This document shows positions 24,604 to 37,881 of a stretch of DNA of 64,000 nt, in pieces. Both the position numbers and the translations under genes were made by a program. The notes below the pieces were generated by a model. That model was given only the letters and a program-made list of their open reading frames with translations. It ran no database searches and had not been told where the DNA came from. The stretch comes from Dimorphilus gyrociliatus. Taxonomy: Eukaryota > Animalia > Annelida. The stretch lies in the NCBI GenBank assembly GCA_904063045.1, contig CAJFCJ010000020.1:186001-250000 (forward strand), in the 5' to 3' direction. The stretch's first letter is position 1; the number at the start of each line of letters is the position of its first letter.

Positions 24604-25640
24604 AGATGAGCCCCTTTACAGTGCTTATTGATATTCGGCGCCATCTGGCGGCCACTATTTCCCGATATCCATGATGCCATCTTTATATTAGTCATTATTT
24701 TTTCGTTATCTCTACTAAGCCAAAGAAATTTTTTGGATTCTTTTTTTTGTTGAAGTAAAAAAATTACAAAAAAAAATTTCGTTCAATTTACGAAAAGCGT
24801 GAGTCACTTGAATGAAGAATGTAAATCTCTGTTATTGTTTTGAATGCGAAATACGTACGGATAGTGACAATTAATCGCTTTTCGTTCTCTATACTCCATT
24901 ACCTCAAAAAGAAAACCATTAATAATTCTCGATGTATTTATGTAATGAACTTTTTGGTCAAAATGTCTTAAATGTTATAATTGTAATTATAATTCTATAT
25001 ATATATATATATATAGAATTATACAAATATATATATATATCTAACTGGAAAACCTGCAAAAAAAAAATCTGTGCTCCCTCTATGTTGTTTGTTCAATTAT
25101 ATAAGCTGGAAAAATCTGTTGTTTACTAACAATATAAATGTATACAATATACAATATCTATATATACTGTATATATACAGTATATGTGCAGTATATACAA
25201 TATATAATGTACGTACCACATAATACGTCAAGTCACAATTCTTTATGGTGTTACAAGAGAAGTGGTGTCAATAATACCATATAATATTAATAACAATGAA
25301 AAATATGGATATTAATAAAAATCTTCATCGTTGGTTAAATTCATTTTATTTTTACATATCTCATAAAGTAAACCAATTTAAGACTTAAACTGTTAATGGC
25401 TTGAAGGACAATTATTCTTAACCTGTTACTATTGACTCAAGCTATAATCCAATCTCCAAATAAAAATGGGATTATATCTTTCTGATAACGAATGTTTTTC
25501 AATGAATTCAACTCTTTTTATAAAAGCCGTTCATTATGAATTCGGTTAAGGTCTTATTTACTTCTATAGGTCATTGTACGTTTGTTGATTTATATAAAAA
25601 TGGTTTGAGAACGTACTCATAATCATTTATACCAGCTGTA

Positions 25641-28600
25641 ATGATTTCACCTGTTGCTACACCTTGCCAAGTTCTTTATGATTTACCACATTTTAGAAAT
25701 TCTACACAATCGTTTTTAGATCCTTCAGATTGTTCTAATTTTACAGGCTATAGACATTCCTATTCGACTACGGTAAGTTATTTCTTATCACTAATCAGAG
25801 ATAAAGCATGATCCATCAATTTCTTTGTTACTTAAAAAAAGAAATATTTACTTTATTCCTATTTCTGTTTTTATTTTCTATTATCTTTCCTGATGGCTTG
25901 TTCGGTTTTACCGAGCATTCGAAAAACCAAAGGAAGCGTATCAAATAAACGCTTTAATAACTCACAGGAGAAGGCTAGACCGTTAACCGGATTTAGTGTG
26001 AATTCTGGTATTACTTTCAAATCAACGGAAAATCGGCTTAGCAAAACGACTCTACCGGATCTTGTTAATCTTACAAGGAATTTTAGTGAAAGAGACGTCG
26101 AAAGGAATACTAAACCGACCACTAATACTATACATTGGAACGATAATTTTAACGGTTGGGTAGACGAAGGAGAGGTATAGAGAAATAATCTAAAAGCCTG
26201 CCATTTAAATAATTTATTTCCGCTATCTCATAAAGAGAGTGATAATTGTAATAAGTTACTATTTTATTGATAAATAGAACAAAGTTCAGGCTTCTTATGT
26301 ATCATTTGTCAACAATGCCCAAATTACTGAAAGATCGTCGAAAGAGCATTTAGAAGACAAGAATTTGAAGCCCTCTCGATTAGCATCGGCACCCTCAGTA
26401 AAGAAGCCATTAGAGGCACGTTTTGGAGAATCTGCTTTCAGAAACACTCCAGGCTGCAACAAGACGGATAATAGAAGTAATTTAGCTCCGAGAGTTCCAT
26501 GTGTGTATTAATGCGTTGCCTTTTTTGGACACTTCTTAAGACGTAACAATAATAAAATTAATTATAGTTATAATAGGTTATGAATATTTTATTAAACGCC
26601 GATATTTCTATTATAAGTGTTTTTTACGGACCATATTGACATTGTTTTTTATTGTTTTTTTATAGATGCAAAAAAAACAGATAAAACTATTAAAAAATCG
26701 AAAAATTCCAATACAAAATTGGATGAAAAGTCCGGTTTTAATAATTCGAATAAAAATAATGCAACAAAGCCGGTTAAATCAACTTCGAAAAACGATCAGC
26801 AAACAATTGAAAAGGAAGTCGAAACTCAGCAAACACGAGACGACGAATTGACATTTATCGTGCCCGGATTCCAGGATGAATCCGATGTAAAAGTAAAAAG
26901 GGAAGCTGGCAACCAACGTAATCAAAGTAATGTTCATAGGCCTGCTAGCCTCTAGTGTCTCTTTGCGACCTCTTTTTTTTTTCTTATCACGCAGCTCGCG
27001 GTAATTGCGGCTCTTTTAAATTCGCCGCTGAGAAATCAAAGACGAAAGGCAAGAAATTAGCAAAGAGAGTTAAAAAACCTAAAATTCCCGGAGCTCAATT
27101 AATCGACAAAAAAAAAGTAGCTTGTAAAGAAGACAAACCAGAGAACGATGATGTAGAGAGTGGTTACGGAGAAGATAATGATGGTAGGCCTAAACTGTTT
27201 TGTGAGAAAGAGAAGCTAATTTTTTCTATTCACTGCTTAATTACACTTCTACAGCAGATAACTTTGATGATTTGTTGATTGAAAGAAGTTGTGATCAGAC
27301 AAATACGAGTTAGTAGCTCTTTTATACTCGTTACGTAGAATAGTATTCAAAGAAAAGTGATTGATGATTAATAGCTTATGCAATCAGAATACTTGTTAAC
27401 ATGCATTTTTACTTTAAAGCCAATTATATACGATTATAGGTGATTGAGTATTGTACATGTCAGTATGCTATATCAGTAAAAGATCGATAAAGAAATGTTT
27501 ATAAAAGGAAATTGAAGGAATAAATGTCTAATTGCGTTTATGAGTACCATCAAGCAGACGAGGACTTTGCACTTAACCTTGATATACTTTTATTCAGGCC
27601 CAGCCCCTCAAAGTGTCATTGACGCTGAGAGTTCAGTCCTGTTAGAGCAAAGCAACTCAAGAGAATTATACGAACCCTCTAATAAGGTAATTAGGAAAAT
27701 TTCTGCTGCTTTAGGCGCTTCTTATACGACAATTACAGTTGAAAGCCATTGAAGAAACTTCGAAAAGAATTGGTAAACGGAAAAACAGGTGGAGAGCTAC
27801 TTTTCAATCTAAGACAACTGATATAGTGGAAGAGTCTGGTTTACCAAAGCCTCCGGCTTTCAATAGAAAGGTAAGAGATTGGATATTTAGCGACGATGAG
27901 GATGAAATAACAATTACGCCGACCGCTACATCTCCAAAAACCCCAACACCAGTCCCCGATACAATTGAAAACCCGTTTACTCCGAGAAAAGAAGAAACGC
28001 CTTCGCCAGTGGAAACGCTCCCTAAGCTCGTTACTCCTCCCCCTCAAAAATCAAAACCTGTTGCTAAGAATAGCAAAGAATTTGTAAAGAAAAAGTAAGA
28101 CTTTCGTGATCCTTCATTTAAGAAATGGGGAGTGATTAAGATTCATTAACCAATTATTCATCTAGGGAGGAAACGAGAGATAAAAGTTGGCAGGAAGAGT
28201 TAGAAAGGAATAAAAGAGCGGAAGAGAGGCGGCGGAAAGCACTTAATATGATAGAAGGATTGAAATCTCGTAAAAAAGTCATCACGAAGCAAACCGAGAT
28301 GGAAAAATTCGAAAACGCCAAGGAAGATTGTTAGTCTTCATTAGTATAACAAAATTGCCCTACATTAAGCCTATAATAATCTAAAAAGAATCTTCCATTC
28401 CTATTATACAATTTATATTAAATTTTTCAGTTGATTGGCTATCGCAATACTGTATATTTCAAGACGGCCATATGGATATGTATGAGCGTGCTTTTAATAT
28501 CGTAAGAGCAATATTTTATTGAGATATTAAAGAATTAAGTTTTTAAAGGGTTATGAATTTAATCTGAGATTTAAAATGTTTATAGATTGACGAGAATAAA

Positions 28601-29519
28601 TTAGGCTGGCTTGACTCAGAAAACACAATGATTGCCATAAAAGCTTGTAATACGAAATTAACTGATATGGAGGAAAAATACCTATTACAAGTAATTTACG
28701 TATAACATATACATACAAAAATCGAACTATGTACATTATACAAATAGAATATTAATTATACATGTAAACATATCTTTCCACTATGTCCACTTGCAAATAT
28801 TTCCTTAAGGTATTTTACTAAAGCGCCATCTCTATAAAACTGTAGGCGTCATCTTAATTGCGGTGGCCTTGACAACAGAATCTTTATAAATCTTTGCGTA
28901 CTTATAAAACATCGCGTAATTATTCTTACAGCATGAAAAATTTCTAATAAATGAATATTTTGTTGTTTTTTTTTTACTCTAGATTTTAGACACAACTGGC
29001 TATGACTTTAGTAAAGGAAGTGATTTTAAGATATTTTCAATTATTGCCGCCCTTTCTCACAGGATCAAAAAATTAGAGTAAGTAAGCATAATTGCTAATG
29101 ACATTAGTTTAGAAGGTTGTAATTTATTAATTCTCCATGACAGTGATTGGGTTTTGAACTATTGTGGTAACATCAGCTTTCGACTGACGAATATGAAAGT
29201 AAATAGAGATATAGAAATATATATTTCTACTTTATCCTCAGACTGATTAAATATGGACACGTTTTTCATTTAGGTTCATCTTTGTCGTCAACTATGGGAA
29301 TTAAACGTTGATCCGGGAACAAATAGTATATCTTTAGAAACGTTATGTATCCATCTGCGGGCAGGTGGCGTTTGCGATGATCGGATCAGCTATGTAAAGA
29401 AGAAGCTAAGTCATTTGTCCTCGCTAAGTTTACTAGATTTTTTAATTTATTCACCTCTATTCATAACATTACACGAAAACATGGTCAATGATCCCTTGAG
29501 CGACGCTAGAAAAGTCTGA
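25641..29519 (+). CDS. EF-hand-containing protein with long low-complexity N-terminus (~726 aa); exons 25641-25772, 25968-26174, 26290-26500, 26666-26926, 26995-27183, 27598-27686, 27739-28094, 28166-28329, 28431-28501, 28586-28690, 28983-29077, 29144-29198, 29274-29519
   Basis: Thirteen GT-AG exons join in consistent phase with no stops. The C-terminal part reads YERAFNIIDENKLGWLDSENTMIAIKACNTKLTDMEEKYLLQILD...DFKIFSIIAAL...LDFLIYSPLFITLHENMVNDPL (calmodulin-like helix-loop-helix). The 5' end is less sure; an alternative ATG lies at 25893. Confidence 0.8.
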
Positions 29520-29896
29520 AGCTGTTTCAAATCTAAATACTTAATGAGGATATTAAATTTTCAAAGATTTGTAAATAGACTGATAATACATCATTTAAAT
29601 TTTTTAAGGTGATCTTAATGATTATAGGACCAATTTTATTTAATTTTTCTCCACACCTTTATCTTAAATTTCTTTGTCAATAAAAAATGCCGTCTAATTA
29701 CGTGAATACATTATTCAAGTTAATTGTCATTATGATGCAAATACTTTTTCTTTCACACCATATCCTAATAAATAAAAAACATCTGACTAAGAGTGTAATT
29801 GATTTCTAGGACAAAATTATTTACACTCAGTCGTCTTCCTCTCGCTCATTTCCTCAATTAATTCTTTTCTTTAACAAATTTCTCTCATCCATTTCT

Positions 29897-31477
29897 CTAG
29901 TTTCTTATTGTCGATACTTTATTGGTATGTATTGTTTGTCTGCTAATTATTCTCATGATCATCTCCAGTACTTCAATTATAATAACAGCACTTATTCCGC
30001 ACCAAAGATTTAACAAACCACCAAGTTTTGACACAACATCTGCCGAATTATATTTCTCCACTTCAAGGAATTTTTTATAACCATCCCTACCAGTATTAAT
30101 AAATTTGATACGCACGACATTTTCTTGTAAATTCGAAGAATTTATTAAGAGTTGATATGCTTCAGTGAAGCGACCTTGCTCCTCTAATTTTTCAACTTCT
30201 AAAAAAATTCCATAATCCTCGAGAATATCTTGACGTTGAAGGAACCCAATGGTTTTATAAAAGGAAACGAGCTCTCTTTGCGAAGGCCAAAGAGAGTATG
30301 AAATTCTCGTATCCCATTTCGTTTCAGAGCAAGCAGGATGACATGTTTTTAGACAATTATGAACATCTTTTATCGCTGTAAACGTGCAATTTAAGTCAAT
30401 GACGGACTGCACTACATCCTCAACACTAGAATTTTTTGTCAATTTTTGGCAAACGCGTTGCTTTTTATCATTTATATTAATATAAACCAAAAGATTAGGA
30501 TCAATACATTGGCATTGTTTTACTAATTCCTGTTGAAAGCAAGCATATAAACAAGCTTGATAATTATATTTTAACGATTTTCCACCTAAATCGACAAGAT
30601 TAGGATAAGGAGAAGACTCTTTTGATATGCAATTTCCATGTGGTTTTGGTAGCCTATCAATTTCTTCTGGAATTAGTTGAAGAGTTGATGAGCGTCCGGG
30701 TGGAATCTCTATTCCATTCTCTTCTACATCAACAAAGGTACCCGGCTGATGAACTGCAACTTTTGCCCCATAAAGTTTTGGAAAGCTATAAGGTGATTCA
30801 ATTTCTTTACGTCTGAGTTGATTGTGTAGGATAAGCGTTATATCTAAAATATTTACAGTTTGTTGATCTCTTATTAACTCAAATGTATAACAATTGAAAA
30901 AATTAGGATGATGAGATACTGTTATGTTTGCCATCTTCGTACAAGGTTTTCTGACGTTAAGTAATCCCCCATACTGGAAATAGCTACAATCTAAAACTAA
31001 TTTCTCAAAACTATGTCCATGCCAACCAACTTCTTCAGGAGTTAGCCCTGTATAGAATCCTTTGGCAGATAATATATTATTAAATAACAGCCATATTTCT
31101 TCTGTTTCATCTAGATCTATTGATTTTAAAAGTTTTCGTAGCAATTCTTCATGTTTAGTAACGATATTGTCATTTAGATGATCCAAGTACTCGCCGTAAC
31201 TAATTTCACCTTGAAATGAAAATGGATTCTGATTGCAAATTGTTACTGCTGGAAATTCGTTCGCATCACCATTTTTCTGAACCATTAAGGTCACTGTGGA
31301 ATATGATAGGAAATTGCTTATAATAGTATAACATTGTAGTCCAGCAACAGAGAAGAGAGCTATAATAGATATCGTCCACAAATATTTTATTACATTGGCT
31401 TCCGAATCAAAGACTCTCTTGAAACCTTTAATAGAAGTTGTTTTAAAAAATACGTTTAACTCCTCTCTCCATGCCAT
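29897..31477 (-). CDS. DEG/ENaC family sodium channel subunit (FaNaC/ENaC-like), 526 aa, intronless
   Basis: TM1 near the N-terminus; FPAVTICNQNP; NFFNCYTF; GAKVAVHQPG; Cys-rich thumb (CLYACFQQELVKQCQCID...CHPACSE); TM2 SKLGGLLNLWCGISAVIIIEVLE with GIS filter. Confidence 0.96.
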   Translation of the reverse strand: MAWREELNVFFKTTSIKGFKRVFDSEANVIKYLWTISIIALFSVAGLQCYTIISNFLSYSTVTLMVQKNGDANEFPAVTICNQNPFSFQGEISYGEYLDHLNDNIVTKHEELLRKLLKSIDLDETEEIWLLFNNILSAKGFYTGLTPEEVGWHGHSFEKLVLDCSYFQYGGLLNVRKPCTKMANITVSHHPNFFNCYTFELIRDQQTVNILDITLILHNQLRRKEIESPYSFPKLYGAKVAVHQPGTFVDVEENGIEIPPGRSSTLQLIPEEIDRLPKPHGNCISKESSPYPNLVDLGGKSLKYNYQACLYACFQQELVKQCQCIDPNLLVYININDKKQRVCQKLTKNSSVEDVVQSVIDLNCTFTAIKDVHNCLKTCHPACSETKWDTRISYSLWPSQRELVSFYKTIGFLQRQDILEDYGIFLEVEKLEEQGRFTEAYQLLINSSNLQENVVRIKFINTGRDGYKKFLEVEKYNSADVVSKLGGLLNLWCGISAVIIIEVLEMIMRIISRQTIHTNKVSTIRN

Positions 31478-34400
31478 GTTGTAATTGTATACACGAACGT
31501 GCTTTAACGTAATAAACTGTGCACACTTAGGGATAATGTATTATTTATACATTTTACATTATTTTAAGTAGTCATTAGTTTTTTTAGTGTTCTGAACAAA
31601 ACCACAATGAACATATTGATCTGTCTAATGTGTGGATCGTGTACCCTAATGAAGAGATATTGAACTTTTTTTTTATTTTGCTCTTTTATTTGATTTAATT
31701 GAGTCCTTTTTCTTAAATAATTACATTCAATTACAATGTTGCAATAGCTGTTTTTCCACTCTGTATTTTCTATTCATTCAATAAACTTCATATACGTTAC
31801 AACCAATAAAAAAAACAACCAATTTTCCGATACTTTTATCATTGTTTATCTACGTTTGTATATCCCTTAAATTTTTAAAAGACTTATTGATTTATACTGA
31901 AGTGTATCTATGATAAATATATGTTGTATACAACAATATTGTATACCTGTATTCATATTTCAAGTTAATCTTAATTTATATATTAATATAAGTAAGATTA
32001 TTGGCATTAATTAAATGCAAGTCATATGCTTAGTAATGCATAATACGAATAAAAATACATTAGTAATTAACTTTATTGGCAACAAACCAGAGAGCCTTAA
32101 ATAACATTTTTTGCAAAAATGCGCAAAAAAAGAGCTTAGAGTGCTGTTTTCCTTTTATTTTATGAACCATAGCTTTATTTTTTTTGGTATAATAGTCTTT
32201 CCTTTTTTTTTTTGATTGTAGAGAAGGAATTACGTTTAAGCTATTGAATTAGGAAATTGAACTGAATCATTTTTTTTGCCGAGAAGAAATGAGAGACTAG
32301 AAATACATACAAGAAGAAGAAGACGAAGAGGGAATTAATTAATAATTTAAGTGTTATTTTCAGCGAGTTCAACTGATGTAGAGAACTGGCGTATTAGTTA
32401 ATTAATGGATGCATATAGAATTGTTGAGTTTGGTATTCTTAGAAGCAGTTGCTACATTCATCTTCTTCCATAGTCCTCTATTACTAATTCCCCGGATAAA
32501 ACCCACAAAATTCATGAAGCGTTTAAATGCCTTTACTGACGAGATTTATAACCCCAATGGTATAAGTATTCAATCATAATCCGCCTGAGGGCGCTTTAAT
32601 CTCTTGTTTTACAGCTGATCGAATTGCCTGTTAACAGTAAATTGTTTATTAATTAGCTTTTTTTTTCTTTCAAAGAAAAAAGCTTTAAAGGCAAGCAATT
32701 ACCGAGAAAAAAACCTACTACAACAAATACAGAAGATGTTTAGAAAACTGCAAATAGCCCTTTAATGCTATAAGCCTACATTCAATATCACACTCGAATC
32801 GCTCCTTGCACTTAATCAGATTCGCTTCAGTACAAACCTTGTAGATCCTCACGGTCCGTTGAACTTAAACTAGACAAACAATTTACGCCAAACACCAAAC
32901 AACGCCACCTAGTACTTTCTTTTGCTTTATCAAATCTCATTGAGCCGTCGTAGAATAATCAACAAGCTTCATTTAGCGCTTAACAAACGCGAATAGCATT
33001 GATTCAACAAAACGCCTTTTCAAGTGTTTTTCTTTCATCTATAATTATTTTTCGATCAGGAAAAGGTTTGTATTTCATTTATTTATTTATATTTCAAAGT
33101 AAAAACTATCCCAATTTTTATTACCCCTCATTTATTCGAATTTCATAGAAAGGATTGAATATCTTCGATCAGTCGTGTATCTTTTTCGTCTTTTTCCTCT
33201 ATAATATTTTTATTCCCTTCTTCAAGTTAGATATTTTTTCCATGTGCAAAAGTCCTCATATATATACGTCGCTAAGCAACTGAAGCGTAAGTAAAAAGCT
33301 AAAAACCGTAGTCAATTATCAAAGAGCAGTCCCGAACAAACAAGGATCGAGAATTATACATTTTTTATAACTTCTCTTCCGAATGACAAAAGCAATTGGC
33401 CTGTTATTTTGAATTGAGTAATAGATAACCCACTATCACCTGGAGGATTTCGAGAATTATATCTACATATAAAGAGAATTTTATGCAGTAAAGAGTTTGG
33501 GATTTTTTTTTCACAGAAACATCAACAAAATAGAAGAGAATTTAGAACATGCTCTTTACAAAAACTAAATCATTTAGTCACGTCAACTGCAGAAGACATC
33601 AAAGGCGAACACCTAGAAGGTTACGGTTGAAGCTTTTTAGCAAACTCACGTTTCACGAAACTATTACCTAAACTTGGAAAAAAAGATGTTCGACTTGCAT
33701 AAAGAAACACAAGAAATATGAAAAATAATGAAAAAAGTACTAATTTACCTTCCGGTGGCGGATCAATGGCTTGCCTCAGGGTGGTGGACAAACAACATTC
33801 CAACCGTAGGCGAAATATGTCAGTGACAAACAAATTTATCTCGTCGCTGGCTCCCCAATGGTTTTAGTGACGACATTGTCGTTATATGCATTCAGATAAA
33901 GAGGTAGTAAACCCTACGTATATAAATCTGTTAGATCTAACAAACAGTTGAAAATACGGTCATTTAGCAAATGTCCTTCAATTATCGCTAGATTAATTAC
34001 GCAAATGCATAACAATTTAACACATGTCCGCTTAATCTCTCAGATGCTTCCTAATGCAATAATGTCATCTATCAAATACCCAGTTAATTTACAATAACTT
34101 TAATAAGAGAGTAATGAGACTGTTCTTACAAAAACCGTAGTCCAGGATTAGATTAGGACTACTTAAGCTCTTTATAAGTATTCCCTTCGTTGCCAAGCCT
34201 AACGAAATAATGTAGCAATCACGATGCAACATAGGCAATTGCTGATTACGATTGCTAAGTTGATAATTCATGCGTGACTCCATACGGAAGCGAACCAAGG
34301 AGAATCACGTGATCTTTGCGCCAAAATCTATAGAATTCGACATCGGCCAAAACCCGGCGGACTTAGTTGAGTGAACCGAATCATCGCTATTCCTAACGAA

Positions 34401-36244
34401 ATTTACACTCACCAATCGCCTATGGCCAAACCGTATATTCATCATTACCGACCGTTCTCTATAGGCCTACGTCGGCCCGAAAAAAAAACGCCCAAGACGT
34501 CGAAAAGCGGCAATCGGTCTTCATTCGATGTGCCAAACTGTCCGGGATGGTATTTATTTAAAGCGAAATAGGGTTATCGACAATTGATGAAATCGAAGAG
34601 AAAACTACCCATTCTTACAATTACATTAATTATAAACTTGGTTTTTTGTATGCTTGGTATTTGATTGACAAACTTCGCCAATATACAATATATATTCTCT
34701 ACTTTATAGTCTTGGGGAAAATTTTGCAATTATCTGCACGGCACGTTCTTATTTTTTTCGACCAACTTTATATTTAGCTAGACGCTTTTCGTCTACGAAA
34801 CGTCTAAATTCGACGCACGACTGTGCAAATTAGCTTTAACGAGAAAATTAAGCGCCGTCGATCTATTGCTCTATTGTATTTGTTTCTCTTTTCCTCTCAC
34901 TCTCTTTTTCTGCTGTCCTCCTCCGCTTTTTTTTTATTTAGCTTCTGTTTCTTAAGGGTCTTTTTACATCAGTATCTATTATTTCTATTCATATTCTTCC
35001 GTCCATTATCCCATGTAGTTGCCCTGATATCCGTACTCGCCCTTTTCCCTAATGTCCGAAATAAAGAATTCACGTTCCGGCAATAAATCAGTATTGTATA
35101 AAGAAGCTTGACATTTCATAGTCGACGTATGGTTTGGAACTAGCCACCTTTCAAACGCTTTTCTTTATTTGCTTGTAGAAAAAGGGCGTCCCTTATTTCT
35201 TTTTTATTTCCCTCTTCTATCACAGAGATTAATATACGGCGCTGAAGTTATATATGATTTATACATTTGCGTGTTAACTAACCATTGCGACATGTCGGGC
35301 TTTTAGATGAAAATTATATTTTTCCATTTTCATCTGGGCTGCAAGGCAGTTTTTTTTTCTATCGTTTCGGCCTTGCATTATTACTTCTATAAACGAAAAT
35401 ATGGGACGGATAGAGGGGGAGGGGGAAATAATTGCGAATTAGCTCTGTAGAGTGGAAAAAATCGGGGGTGAAATCTGTTATGCTTCTTATATAGATCCCA
35501 CTTCTCACATCTCTCTGTCAATCTGTTTTCTATAGACGCTGAATATAAAATAAGTGGCCTGATAAATCTCGCACAGCTGTTATTAAACAATGACCGATAG
35601 AACCAATTTAATCGGCGTCCTGTTTGCAGCCAATCGGAGTCAATAGCTTTGTTTGTTCAACATCACTGCTTTTTATTATCTTGGCAATGAGTAAACCTAT
35701 ACGCTGTTATATCTCTTTTAGATATACTTTGAAAGAGAAGAAAGAAGTAACATGCAAGTAGAAAGAGAAAAAAGTTGGCTTGGAAATAAGTAGTCGTCGT
35801 TATCTCCTAAAAAATAACAGATACATCTGATCGATTTGCGCCAATTTACCATTTTATCAATTATTTAACATGGTCCCGATCACTTTTCTTTTTACCCTCG
35901 TTATCTAAAAAGCTTGCAGGGTTTTTAGTGGAAAAGGGAGCTGAGTGCGTTGAAAAGGAAGTGTAAAGTAAGGGGGAGTCGGTGTGCTAGGTTTGGCAGT
36001 TGGCGACTTGTACCTTTTTGCTTTTAGAAGCGACCAATGTAATAACGAACGCAAAAGGGCAAAGCTGGTAACTGTTCTCGGTGCACGTAGGGTTTCTCAT
36101 TCGGTCGATAATTGCTAAAGTCGCCGTAGCATAAGCCCACTTAGGTACGCTCCTCGCGTCTTCTCCGCGGCGGAATTGAGGAGAATACTCGAATAGTTTT
36201 CTTACTTCCTCTTTTCTCTATGTCGAACAATTTCAGATGCTGTG

Positions 36245-37838
36245 ATGGCACGCATCAGACGGCTCGGGGCCAAGGAGAACACGACCCTTCACCCGGACTT
36301 CTTCCTCATACCGGAACCCACCCCCGATTGGAAATCGGCCAAGGACGAATGGAAATGGGCATGGCATCTTCATTGCTACGGCTTCACTTTTCTCTTTATG
36401 ATGTTGTCATTTCATACAGCATTGTCCCTGGTGGCTTTAAGACGTCGAATCAAGTCACATTGCAGATACGTTGCGCTTAATTCGCTACTTCTCCTCCTTG
36501 GCCTCTCCAGGGCAGTTTATCTGCTTTTTGAAAGATATGAAAGCCTTCAGACTTTTCCTACGCCCCTAAGTCGGCTCCTATTTGGTGTAGCTTTCCCATG
36601 CCTAACTTCGTCTTACAGTCTCATACAGCTAGTTGTTATGAGGGTAACTAAAGTACCAACATCAAATGAGAAGAGGATGAGATCTTACAGAATCCTTGCT
36701 TTTGTCATTACATCTCATTTTAGTGTCGTCGTAGTTGTCGACGTCACTGTTGCTTACAAGAATAGTCTAAAGCTACTACTTCTAATTTGTCAGGCTGTCT
36801 TCATTACTTGGGGATTAGTTCTCTCTTTTACATTCATATATTCTTCGTTCAGACTAACTCAGTTTAGTTCGGAAGCCCATAAAGTCCTCCGTCAGTTGGC
36901 CTATTATCAAAAGAATAGGAAAAATGGCAAAAGAACGCAAATTTTCCAAAGAGTAGCGAAGCCAAGATTAAATGAATCTAGCATGGTGCCATCTAGCGAA
37001 GAAGATGATATGGATTCCTATTTAAGGCAATTTGGCGAAGATATTATCCGTAAAAGACACTCGAATAAAAAAGGAAGAGTAAATAAGTGCGATTCTAACT
37101 TGTCTACAAGTGGTGACTGTCAGGACAGTTCTAGACCACCATCACCAAAGGTTTTATTTAGAAATTCGACATGCGTGGTCGAACTTCAAGATATTACTGT
37201 GGAAGAAGGGGGAAGTCGAACAAGTTTAATCAGAACAGAGCGGGGCATCTCCAACCCAGCTTTTTCAAACGGTCACGATCAAAGTGAAGTTCAAGTTTTG
37301 CTCACTGATTGCGAAGATGAAAGGCACATCAGTGATAATCGTCACGAGACGGCAGATGACAGCGGATATAGTGCAGATGGAGAACTTAACGAAGGACAAT
37401 TGAGTGATGTAGACGAGACGAGGGAAACGCCCGAATACACCTTAAATAATTCTGAAAGGACAATATCTCTCCAGAGAGTTAAGCAAGGCAGAATCTTAAA
37501 GACTGTCCTTAAATCATCCTACGCGGCCACCTTATGTACTTTTCTAGCGTGTATTCTAAGATTATACGGTATGTTTGGTGTCTATGGAGTCTTGTCTAAT
37601 GAACACAAGCCAGAGCCTTGGCCGTGGTTCGTATATCAGACGTTCTGCAGGTAAGATATACTACAGATGGCGCGTCAAACAAATTTCTCCAACATTTTTT
37701 TCTTATTATTACTACAGGCTAACTGAAATAGGAATATCCTTTTCCATATCAGCCATTGCTCATCGAATGAACAAACACAAATACGCAATCAGCGAGTTTT
37801 ATAGGAATTGCAAACTAATCTGTGATAAAGGGGATTAA
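36245..37838 (+). CDS. PRRT3/PRRT4-like multi-pass (7TM) membrane protein (~508 aa); exons 36245-37650, 37718-37838
   Basis: PEPTPDWKSAKDEWKWAWHLHCYGF, ...PCLTSSY..., and PWPWFVYQTFCRLTEIG resemble the PRRT3/4 membrane region. Seven hydrophobic segments; 67-nt intron (AG|gtaaga...tacag|G). An acceptor at 36236 suggests an upstream exon. Confidence 0.8.
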
Positions 37839-37881
37839 ACTTTGAAGGGGTTTGTTTCAAGCTTTCTCTAAATCATGCAAA

